Shown here: positions 1 to 9,552 of the stretch, piece after piece
How the letters are laid out: each line of letters opens with the position of its first letter
How positions within the stretch are numbered: the stretch's first letter is position 1
Assembly: GCA_950097015.1 (NCBI GenBank)
Contig: CATNEN010000030.1
Coordinates: 4,774,001-4,838,000 of the forward strand
Direction: 5' to 3'
From: Macrostomum hystrix
Lineage: Eukaryota; Animalia; Platyhelminthes
Length of the DNA: 64,000 bases
Notes under the pieces: generated by a model
What the model was told of the DNA's origin: nothing
The model's input: only the letters and a program-made list of their open reading frames with translations
Databases searched by the model: none
Made by a program: the position numbers and the translations under genes

Positions 1-740
1 CGAGACGAGCTGCTGAGAATTCAAACTGGCCCGGTTGCACAGAACAGTTTATTTGCAAAGCGATTTTTTTACATAGGCTTTAATGAGCGAAACATTTCAA
101 TTAACAACAAACAGATTATCGGATCTGCCAAGTCAACCGAAGTCAACTTCAATGCGTTCGGAGCTACCTATGGCCGGTGCCTCCCTCACCGCTGGTCCCG
201 TCTATCATCTTGCATCCCTCTTCCAGCTCATCCTCTACGGGATCCGCCCTGTTCTTGCTCATCTCCCACTGCATGATCTGCCCCCCTTCCAGCTCGTTCC
301 AGAAATTCAGTTTCGACGCTTCTGGCTTGCCTTTGTGCCATTGAGGACATGTCTGACACATTGCTCAATGCTAATAACTTGGTTATAGGGTTATAAGGGT
401 CTCAAACTCAACCTCTCAAATAAGGGTCACATCTCATACCCTTACAATAGCACTGGCCTGATACACATCTGATACACTTGGCCTCTCAAGAAATTACCAT
501 CTACTTAAATTCAAACAGAGTTGAACTTCATCTGTCTGACTCTGACTGACCCCTGCCATTCCGTTCTCTCTCCCAGACCCGCCATAAATCTCTTGGCGTT
601 CAGTGATTTCTCAAACTTTCAATAAAGAGAGGGGGCGCAGTGTCTTTAATTATTCGTCCAACTTTCTTAATTATTAATCCCCGCTATATCAAAGTCTAAA
701 TTTATTCTTCCATCCACTATACTAAAAATGAAATGGTTGC

Positions 741-803
741 TTGGTTGGTTGGTTGGTTGGTTGGTTGGTTGGTTGGTTGGTTGGTTGGTTGGTTGGTTGG
801 TTG
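741..803. repeat. (TTGG)n tetranucleotide microsatellite, ~15 units
   Basis: Uninterrupted ttgg run read directly from 741 to 803. Confidence 0.97.
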
Positions 804-928
804 TAATTGATTTTCTCCCGAACGGCTCAACCAATTTTCACCATTTCTTCACCAAAAGATGCCAAATATGGGGACAATTATACACCTATTTTTATTAAGC
901 TTAACTTTATTGCTAAAGGGATTAAATA

Positions 929-2238
929 CGAGGGTCACTCAGAAAGTCTTTAGCCTGAACAAGAAAACAGCAACATATGAACTAAAAAACCATTACAACT
1001 GCTCAAAGTACTCTCCCCCCGCATTGATACAGGCTTGCATCCTGTGGAACCAGCTGTCGAAGCACTGCCGCCAATCCTCATCCCGGAGGTCCCCGATGAC
1101 GTCTTTGAACTCATTCACAGCTTCTTCCAGCGAAGAAAAAATCTGGCCCTTTAATATCTCCTTGCACTTCGGGAATAAAAAAAAGTCGCACGGTGCCAGG
1201 TCTGGACTGTACGCAGGGTGAGTCATCAGCTGGACACCACAGTCGGCCAGAAACTCGAGAGTTTGAGCTGCCGTGTGCGCACTGGCATTGTCGTGGTGCA
1301 GAAGCACCCCACGCATTCCGCACCTTGGGCGCCTCTGGCTCAAAGCAGAAAAAACTTTGGGCAGGCAAACCGTTGTGTACCAGTCAGCGGTGACTGTCCG
1401 GCGATCTTCCAGTGAAACGGAAGCCACATGTCCAGTGCGCATGAAGAAGCAGGCCACCATCTGCTTGCCGACACTCCGGTTGCGTCGAAACTTGGTTGGG
1501 CTGTCCTCGTCTCTGAAGGTCCACATGGATGACTGGCGCTTGTTTTCGGGGTCGTATTGATAAATCCAGGTCTCATCTCCCGTGAGGATGTCCCAGATAC
1601 GCCGGCTGGTCCCAGATTCGAATTTCTGCAGCATAAATCGGCACCAAGCCACCCGGGTGTCCCTCTGCTCGTCCGACAGCTGATGGGGGATCCACCGGGA
1701 AGCCAGCTTCCGCACTCCGAGGTGTTCGTGCAGAATGGTGTGCACACTCCCCGATCCAATGCCCATCTCCTGCTGGATCTGCTGGTAGGTCACTCGCCGG
1801 TCAGCGTCAATCATGCTGGACACAGCTCAGATATTTTCTGGGGTCACTGCGTTGCAGGGTCTCCTGGATCGATGCTCATCTTCGAGGCTTTCTCGACCTC
1901 GGCAAAACTCAGCGAACCAGTTTTTGACGGTTGCGTATGAAGGACACAGATGAGCGAAAACGTCTTGTAAAGTTTGAAATGAATCGGCCGGCGACTTGCC
2001 TTGCTTGAAATGCAAGTACATCATAGCTCTGAAGTCACGATTTTCCAGCTTCATTGTGCAATTGAACGGCGCAAGGGGTGAACTGACTTTGGCTCACTGC
2101 AGTGGACTCAAAAGTAACTGCTTCTGTTTGAAAATTTAGCTATAAGACTTTTAAAAGGTGGTCTTTACCATAGACAAATTTCATGCTTCTGCGTCTCGTG
2201 GATCATACTCAGGCTAAAGACTTTCTGAGTGACCCTCG
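929..2238 (-). mobile_element. Tc1/mariner DNA transposon (mariner, DD34D), full length 1310 bp
   Basis: Perfect 30-bp TIRs (CGAGGGTCACTCAGAAAGTCTTTAGCCTGA at 929-958, reverse complement at 2209-2238). Flanking TA duplication at 927-928 and 2239-2240. Encloses a transposase. Confidence 0.97.
993..2054 (-). pseudogene. Mariner transposase interrupted by one in-frame TGA (1827-1829)
   Basis: ORFs 1827..2054 and 993..1823 share a frame (ENI*AVSSMIDADRR). Motifs WIPHQL, TGDETW, HDNA and YSPDLAPCD are present, with 34 residues between the 2nd and 3rd catalytic Asp. Confidence 0.93.
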
Positions 2239-2685
2239 TATTCGAAAAACATGATTTTTTCAAAGGTCAAACCATCTTGGCCTATTGAGAATTTCACTGA
2301 CAGCCACTGAATTAGAATTGCATCGTCAAATTGCGCAGCAACCCCTAGCTGATTGAATTTAAAGCCTGCACTCTGGAGACAAATTGGAAATAAATGTACA
2401 CAACCAACCGCGAGACTGAGTGTACTCTATTTTCTTACTTCATTGTACATAGCCAGAACTTTGAGAATTCATTTTATAAGGCTGATTTCTGCACCTACTA
2501 ACCAACAGTCGGAATAGCCGATGTGTAGGCACTAGGAATAGGTTAGGCTAGGCTAGGTGAAGTGTCCCTGGTTCGACTCTGCACTGCGTAAAATCATTTA
2601 AACTAATTGTCAGTCAGTAGTGATTGAAGACTATTTTAATTTATTTTTTTCATTTCGTAAATAAAATATCATAAATCTTAGCACA

Positions 2686-3027
2686 CCTGAGTTTGAATCA
2701 TTGCAAAAATAGAGTTTGAATCATGCCTAAACCAGAGTTTGAATAATGGCTACACTAGAGTTTGAATCATGGTTAAACTAGAGTTTGAATCATGGCCAAC
2801 CAGAGTTTGAATCATGGCTAAACCAGAGTTTGAATCATGGCTAAACCAGCGTTTGAATCATGACTAAACCAGAGTTTGAATCATGGCTAAACCAGAGTTT
2901 GAAACATGGCTAAACCAGAGTTAGAATCATGGCCAACCAGAGTTTGAACCATGGCTAAACCAGAGTTTGAATCATGGCAAAACCAGAGTTTGAATCATGG
3001 CTAAACTGGAGTCTGAATCATGGCTAA
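2686..3027. repeat. 23-bp minisatellite (ccagagtttgaatcatggctaaa), ~15 copies
   Basis: Tandem copies read directly; the outer copies are more degenerate. Confidence 0.92.
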
Positions 3028-3034
3028 CCCTGCG

Positions 3035-3103
3035 TTGTCAACTGGGGGAACATTGTCAACTGGGGATTATTGTCAACTGGGGGAACAATGTCAACTGGGG
3101 ATC
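3035..3103. repeat. Short tandem repeat, 4 copies of ttgtcaactgggg(g) with ~17-19 bp period
   Basis: tgtcaactgggg recurs four times immediately after the 23-bp array. Confidence 0.85.
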
Positions 3104-3461
3104 ATCATCAATGGCGAGTCATCATCAACGGGGGGTCGGGCAATCATGGCACAAAAAGTCCTGGACTTATCGCTCAAGCTACTAAACTTTATCTATTAGT
3201 AGGTACGGTGGTTGCTAAATTTTTCAAGAACTTACACAGGGTCTATGAGCGCGCCTAAGTACACAGAGTGGCCCATCTAGGGAATATACTATCTATGTTT
3301 TACAGTGGCTAAATCTCGCTTGCAGGTTAGCGTACGAATACTTAGAAGAACTGCAATTAAGTTGCTTCTTACCAAACTCAGCGATTTATTATTACATAAT
3401 ATAATATACTTATATTATTCGTAGTATTGGTTTTTACATGCTAAGTGAGACTTTTCAAGCA

Positions 3462-3819
3462 ATCTGGGACTGAATAGCAAAAATGCGTTATGGTCTATAG
3501 CCAACCCCAACCTAGGCGTGCTTTTAGGCACGCCTAGCAAGCAAAGTGAGAATTTTTTCAAGCTAAGTGAGAAACATATTAGAAACTAAGGAATTTAGCG
3601 GTTTAACAAAGTTATATAGTGATGTCGACTTCTTCGTCTGCCAAGCATTTTTCAGACTTTTCTGGCCTTACTGCAACTCACGATTCCGACCATAGACATT
3701 TGCAAAAGCGTTCCACATAAGGCTAATTGAAGTGAACCATCTAGTGTATATAGGATCTGTGGGCTGAACCAAGGGTTGACCATAGACTTATTACGCATTT
3801 TGGCTATTCAGTCTCAGAT
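3462..3819. mobile_element. Putative MITE / non-autonomous DNA transposon bounded by ~47-bp imperfect inverted repeats
   Basis: atctgggactgaatagcaaaaatgcgttatggtctatagccaaccc (3462-3507) vs gggttgaccatagacttattacgcattttggctattcagtctcagat (3773-3819). No coding capacity and no clear TSD. Confidence 0.5.
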
Positions 3820-4115
3820 ATTCATATGAATCAACGATATATGACTGAAATGAACCTACTGAAATCAACTAATGGCGTGTTTAACGTGGCTTTTCTTTTC
3901 AGTAGGATGTTCTCATTTTGAAAGTTTATGGCCAAACTTTATATAACTGGTATATAATTATACGATATAACTAGCTTCAAAACGAGGCCAATTATACGAA
4001 TCATTTGTATTTCAGCAGAATTTAACGAGAAGGAACAAGTAGTAAAACGCTGCGTACAAGCACCAGAAAGTTTTTTTAGAAGAATGCATATTGTCACGTA
4101 TATATTGTCTCGTAC

Positions 4116-4730
4116 TCACTCCCTAAGTAATTGCTTTGGTGTCGCCTGGCCAAGGACAACACATTGCCACAACTTTACTTCAACGTCCTGGCCGATAGGC
4201 TGGCTCGCTCTCCGGCCTGGAATTTTGCCATCCCGCACAGTTTCCTTCATTGCGGCATCCAAAGCCAGCCTTGCTTCCGAGAATTCGGCATTCTTCCAGA
4301 AGGAAAAGTCCTTCTTCAACATGAAATTGACGTAGTGCTGAAGCATAGTGAATACGTCTTTCAGCGAAGTTGCACCATACTTCTCACCATATTTTTTTCT
4401 CACTTCGAACAGGAAGATCCGCAACAAGAAGGCCCACTCGGCCCTGCTCCACTCTTCAGTCGGTTTGATCACGAGCAATTCAGTGCGTTCATTGCGCAAC
4501 ACGGACTCCTGCCTAGCTTGGAACCAGTCCTTGAATAGTTGGATCACCCACTGCTCCTTCCTCTTGGTGTTGACAGGCACTGCGGCCTCGATCTTTTCAG
4601 CGATTTCATATTCGTTGAGCGTCACGAATCTCGAATGGGATGCAGCACTCACGGACTCAGTTTCATTCTTTGCTTCGCCTAGTGTATCAATCCAGGCTAT
4701 ATCAGCCACGCTCCGCTCAGAAATTTCCAT
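4116..4730 (-). mobile_element. Crypton-type tyrosine recombinase / DUF3504 (ZMYM/KCTD1-related) N-terminal half; partial
   Basis: The segments SRFVTL..AVPVNTKRKEQWVIQLFKDW, LLRIFLFEVRKKYGEKYGATSL, FSEARLALDAAMKE and PIGQDVEVKLW..VLGQATPKQLLR follow the Crypton/DUF3504 pattern as I recognise it (no HMM run). The ORF stops before the catalytic R-H-R-H-Y residues. Confidence 0.75.
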
Positions 4731-4829
4731 AGCAGACTTGATTTCTTGATCAAAACTCTTCTCTTCTTCTCTCTCTTCTTCTCTCTTCTATTCGCCTCAC
4801 GCCTTCATTCCTTACATTAGGTTAAATTC

Positions 4830-4900
4830 TATAATACCCGCCAAAATTTTGTCTGTAGCCAAAAGTCCTCACCCACAAAAAAATTTTGACGGGTATTATA
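4830..4900. repeat. Inverted repeat / hairpin upstream of the Crypton-like ORF
   Basis: tataatacccgccaaaatttt (4830-4850) vs aaaattttgacgggtattata (4880-4900), one mismatch, ~29-nt spacer. Outer gttaa/ttaac at 4821-4825 and 4907-4911. Confidence 0.85.
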
Positions 4901-5966
4901 ATACACTTAACATCGCTCTGTAAATGTATAAACTTATATTGCGAATCCATATTGGTTCAAAAATGAAAAATTAACAAATAAATCAATCCAAAAAAAGAAA
5001 AAATGATAGCTGACATGAATACATGATGAAATTTTGTGAGCAGAAAAATATGCCTATATTTGTGGTTCTTGCCACCAGACACTCCGACGAGAATCGTTGA
5101 ATATCTCGATGATGCCGATGTTTTGGGATTCTGGACATTGTTTAATCTTTTAGCAACATTTAATCGTTTAGAACATTTTAGCCCATGTTCTGGGTTTTCA
5201 TGGCGATCGTTTGAATATTTTGCGAGATACAGAAAAATGTGGGTATTTGAAATACCCCCGTGATCTTTCCACTTGGACCATCTGGCTGTTAATCCAATGG
5301 TAACATATTTTATAACACAAGTCTGAAGTCTTCAAGTTTAAAACACACTCAGAGTAAAGGAGACTATTAAGCTTCATTTGGCAGTTTAAGCTCCTCTGGA
5401 TGAGCGCAGATTCAAGCTGCACGAGTTTTCCGCCGCGACTGCTAAAACTCTGTTACTCCCGAGCGCGCTGCCCAACAACCTGAGGTTTGAGAAAACCTAT
5501 CAGAGGGACAAATCTTAAGCTACATTTAACTAATTTACTTTATGTAGTCTGAATTAATGTTGAGCGCTTGAGGGCTGAGTCTTCTTTGGTTCGCAGGAAG
5601 TTAAAGAATTAGTCTGCTAACCTGTTTATCTGCTGACGAGCTTGAATATACCATGATCTAATTAAGATTTGGTACCAGCATTTAATTAACAAACTAATTA
5701 CCAACAGAACATAAATTAGGAACTAGATCAAGCAGTTCCTGAGAGCCAATTACTTTTAGAGCATTAACACTAAATTCTTCATTGATTTCCTCTCATTCTT
5801 TCTATCCAAAAGAAAAGTGAACATGGCGTTATTCAAAGCACAAAAGTTTTCCAGGACGAATAAAAGGAACTAACACTGCTGCACTACTTAAAAATTACTT
5901 TATGTTTTGGCTGCAGTTCCTCTCATCGTTCAGTTTCATCCAATTAGAACAGAAACTTTAGTAAAC

Positions 5967-7271
5967 ATGAAGGCACACAACATGCAATTTTTTTTCACCC
6001 TACTCGTTTGTTTTAGTGTAAATACATTTGCCGATACCAACGCAAATTTAACTCATCGTTTGCTGAATCCATACCAATACGATCGCCTATTTCGTCCACG
6101 ACCGCAGCATCTTCGAGACGACGTGAAAAGTAGTAGAAGAGACGTCAAGGAGAATGCCACAACGGTTGAAGTTGGCATCAATGTGCTTAGCATAGGTCCT
6201 GTCGATCAAGTGCGTATGGAGTTCGGAGTTGAGATGCAACTATTAATGCGTTGGATTGACCCACGATTACAGCGCAACAAAACATCGGCAGCTTTTGACA
6301 TGAGCGACCAAGATACAAGCGAAGCACTTGTCCTGAGTCGCAAGGCTGGCGCAGTGTGGCTTCCGGGTCTATACTTCCCAGGTGCCACAATCGTTCGGCG
6401 GCCCGATAGGCCATCGAGAAACATTTTACTTTGGCTGTGGCCAAATGGCACTCTTCAATACAATCAGAAGCTTGATGTCAAATTTCGCTGCCGTATGGAT
6501 GTGAGGCACTTCCCTTTCGACACACAGACTTGCGCCATCGAACTCAGTGTCTTTGATCTAAGCAGTGATGAACAAATGCTCAGTTGGTCTCAGCAAGGAG
6601 TGGCATTTGAAAATCGGAATAGCGAATTCAACAGTGAGTTTTATTCACCTCTGGTGACGGCAACTAGTGGAGTATCGTTTTCTCCTGAGACCGGACTTAA
6701 TTTCAGCCACCTTACAGCTACATTTGCTTTTCGCCGACGTCACTCCCGCTACCTCCTGACTAATTATCTGCCCTCTACTTTTATTGTGCTTAGTACGTGG
6801 TCATCTTTTGCTATCGACCATAAGTCGCCCCCAGCACGAGTGTCTTTGTCGGCTTTGTGTCTAGTCGCTCAGCTGACTCAAAGTCTCAGTTTGGAGTCAA
6901 AGCTGCCACAAGTGTCTTATGTGACTAGCCTAGGAGTGTGGCACACAGGATGCATCGCGTTTGTGTATCTTTCTTTGCTAGAATACATGGCCATCAACCT
7001 GCTACGAATCCGAAAGCTGCGACGCAGGAAGCGCCAACAAGCACTGGCAGCAAAGCGTCGTCGCGGCGGAACGTTAGGTCAACCGGGCGCTAGTGAGGCT
7101 GCTGCAGCTATTGTGGCTGGCGCTGTGGTCCGCCTTAGCAGCGGCCGAAACGTCTGTTGGAGTCTCTCCCCGTCGCGGCTGGACTTGGCATGCTTGATTG
7201 CTTATCCTATTGCTTTTTGTTTGTTCAATTTATTGTACTGGACATTAGCTGTATTAAATTGGCAACAGTGA
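5967..7271 (+). CDS. Cys-loop (pentameric) ligand-gated ion channel subunit, anion-selective class (GlyR/GABA-A/GluCl-like), single exon, ~434 aa
   Basis: Signal-peptide-like N-terminus from ATG 5967 (or 5982). WIDPRL; Cys-loop CRMDVRHFPFDTQTC; M1 YLLTNYLPSTFIV; PAR motif before M2 (SPPARVSL); LPQVSYV before M3; M4 ending FNLLYW. Confidence 0.93.
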   Translation: MKAHNMQFFFTLLVCFSVNTFADTNANLTHRLLNPYQYDRLFRPRPQHLRDDVKSSRRDVKENATTVEVGINVLSIGPVDQVRMEFGVEMQLLMRWIDPRLQRNKTSAAFDMSDQDTSEALVLSRKAGAVWLPGLYFPGATIVRRPDRPSRNILLWLWPNGTLQYNQKLDVKFRCRMDVRHFPFDTQTCAIELSVFDLSSDEQMLSWSQQGVAFENRNSEFNSEFYSPLVTATSGVSFSPETGLNFSHLTATFAFRRRHSRYLLTNYLPSTFIVLSTWSSFAIDHKSPPARVSLSALCLVAQLTQSLSLESKLPQVSYVTSLGVWHTGCIAFVYLSLLEYMAINLLRIRKLRRRKRQQALAAKRRRGGTLGQPGASEAAAAIVAGAVVRLSSGRNVCWSLSPSRLDLACLIAYPIAFCLFNLLYWTLAVLNWQQ

Positions 7272-7849
7272 TCTAGTGTTTTTGGGACATAGAAATAAAG
7301 AATCATATTCTTTAAAGAATAAAGAATCTTATTTCTATATTTTATTTTGCACTCGTACTTTGCTAGGAAATAAAGGTCCTCGCCTTAAAATTCTGGGAAT
7401 GATGCAAGACGTATTAAACAAATTTTTGCACCTGCATGATATCCCGGACATAAAAAACTAGATTTTTCTTGTTGATCGCACATTAGCAAGGGAATGTTTT
7501 TGAACCATTGGTTGCAAGTGTTCCCTTAGCAAATTCTCACTGACAACGTAGTGTTTTTTATTGTTCGTAAAAATCAAACTTCACTTTAATTTTTATAATG
7601 AATGAACCTATGGTTATTCACACCAGTCTCTGTTTTCTCACACGGGGCAGTAGCTTTTGCAGTATTAACAAAGGACCAAATCATCCAAGTCAGTATAACA
7701 ATAATTTAACTTAAGCAAACAGATCATTTCCACTATATAATTGTTTAATAGGCTCAGAAGCTTCCTTCGTTTCTTTTATATTTTACTATAAGCTTGTAAA
7801 TATAGTTGTCTACTAAGCCATAATTGAAATGTCTCGAATTACGCTGAGA

Positions 7850-8110
7850 ATGTGGAATTGACTCCATTGGGAAACTTTATGTCCCTTAGCAAGACACTTA
7901 ATTCTGCATTGCTTCAGTTTACCCAGCAGTTAAATGGGTATCTGCATTACCTGCGGTAGTTGAGGGTGGGTGTGGTGCCCTCCCGTTTTATGGGCTGAAC
8001 AGCCATACACATCCTTCAGATGCGCCGCGCAATAGCTGTGGCTGTGCAGTCGGCAGCACATATAGCGCAATTGGGGCAAGTGTAATCAGTTAATATTGTT
8101 ATAAAAATAA
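7850..8110 (+). mobile_element. CORE-SINE-like element (degenerate tRNA head, CORE domain ~7881-7940, AT-rich tail)
   Basis: cccttagcaagacacttaattctgcattgcttcagtttacccagcagttaaatggg resembles the MIR CORE consensus (cttgggcaagtcacttaacctctctgtgcctcagtttcctcatctgtaaaatggg). Degenerate B-box ggaattgactcc at ~7854-7865. Boundaries approximate. Confidence 0.55.
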
Positions 8111-9290
8111 TGTTTAAATTATTAAAAATAGAGTTCAGGAGGGCCTTGCACCCTGACTCCCTAATCATCCCAGCTTGTTTAAAAAATGAAGCATTTGACT
8201 TTAAGATTACCTGCTAGATCGGCGGGCGGGCTCTTTCTTGCCTTCTTTTTGGGCAATAATGGTTGCGTAGTACATCCTGATTCCGTTTCTAATGGTTGTT
8301 GTCTTATTAAAAATATAATTAGCAATGTATTTCTTCCTCAACTTTTCCAAATAGAATACAATAAACTACGAGCGTATTTGGCAATGAACTTATTTGGCAA
8401 TCATACGGTACGAAATCGATAAAAAAGTAAATTACGAGCAATGCGAGTAGAAAACTATATGGCTAGAATTCCTGTCATTTGTATTATTGGATGATTAGAT
8501 TCCATGGCTGGTGTGGCGATGGGGGCAGCGGTTTCAGAGAACCCAGCCGCGGCCTTCACCGTCTTGCGGGCCGGCGTCGGGTGCCACTAGCCGCGGCCGA
8601 TCATAGAGGCCACTCTTGCCACACTTAGGCTTTACCAGAACCTAAGGGAGTAGCAAGTTCTCTTTGAGGCATCCCTGACCACAAAAATATTTTCTACCTG
8701 GCGGGCGCGTGTTGTGCTAACCAAATCACATGGAAGATAAAACGCAAGTAATTCCGATAGGGAAGTCTTTTGGCATAGCCCGAAGGAACCCAACGGAACC
8801 GGACGAAGCGGATGAAGGGAACGAACTGACGAAGTTTCCTCAGAACTCTCTGACCTCCGCCTTCGAGGCTATTTGCCCCTCAGCAGCCAGCTGCTGTACT
8901 CGCATTTGAAAACGAATCAGTTGTTGAAAAGGAGAACGCAATCTGGTTTGACCACATGTGTCGGCGCATCGGATTGGACTTATAATAACGTCACTTAACT
9001 TCAGTTTAACTCAATTTAAATTTCCCACGAATGTTAGTTTTGCTGTTGCATTGAGTTTGCGTTGTAATTATTGCTCTGTAAACTCCCTTCTTTTCTGTTA
9101 TTAGTTATGTTTCAAATTAGTTTTCGCAAAGTTTTTAAAACTTACTACACTTTTTTCTAAATATAGACATGTTTGATAGCGAGATGAACAGTGAACATGC
9201 TATTTAAACTCCTTCATCACTATTGAATAACGTGGTTTCCTAGTATGTGAGTACATCTGCCCAGACTTTCTCATTTTCAGGTAGTGTTTA

Positions 9291-9544
9291 TGTCGTGTCG
9301 TGGCTGGCTAGCCAAACTTGAGCCGCAAATGGGCGAGAGGTTGTTATTTATTATAGTTGGCATTGCACATAGATGTACATGCAGATACGAGTAAAGCATC
9401 AGCTAATAGATTAGACGGTTAGGCATAAGCGTACATTGACAGACAGAGCAGGCGGGGAGAGAGCAAGCAGTCCTAAACTCAGCGCCAATAACAATTGGGG
9501 TGCAGCCCCACACTGCGCACTTCAAGTCAAGTCACGATACAACA
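9291..9544 (-). repeat. 3' LTR (254 bp)
   Basis: Direct repeat of 13366-13619; TG..CA ends; adjacent to the polypurine tract. Confidence 0.97.
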
Positions 9545-9552
9545 TCCCCTCA

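Noticed and set aside
83-388. ORFs 83..388 (+) and 164..361 (-)
   Set aside because: No recognisable motif and no splice partners. It may be a TE remnant cut by the window edge, but I cannot support that.
741-803. (TTGG)n as a telomeric repeat
   Set aside because: It is short, interstitial and not TTAGGG-like; an ordinary microsatellite.
1827-1829. TGA readthrough or selenocysteine in the transposase
   Set aside because: No SECIS or readthrough context is evident; a point mutation is the simpler explanation.
2515-2580. Possible Pol III head (TAGCCGATGTG ... GGTTCGACTC)
   Set aside because: The B-box is good, but the A-box is weak and no cloverleaf or SINE tail is evident.
5036-5422. ORFs 5036..5263 (+) and 5198..5422 (-)
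   Set aside because: AT-rich, overlapping on opposite strands, and no homology recognised.
5907-5966. TTG-initiated N-terminal extension of the channel
   Set aside because: A non-ATG start is unlikely in a nuclear gene, and the signal peptide begins at ATG 5967 or 5982.
8500-8990. GC-rich island that might be an exon or TE fragment
   Set aside because: Only short frames with no recognisable product or boundaries.
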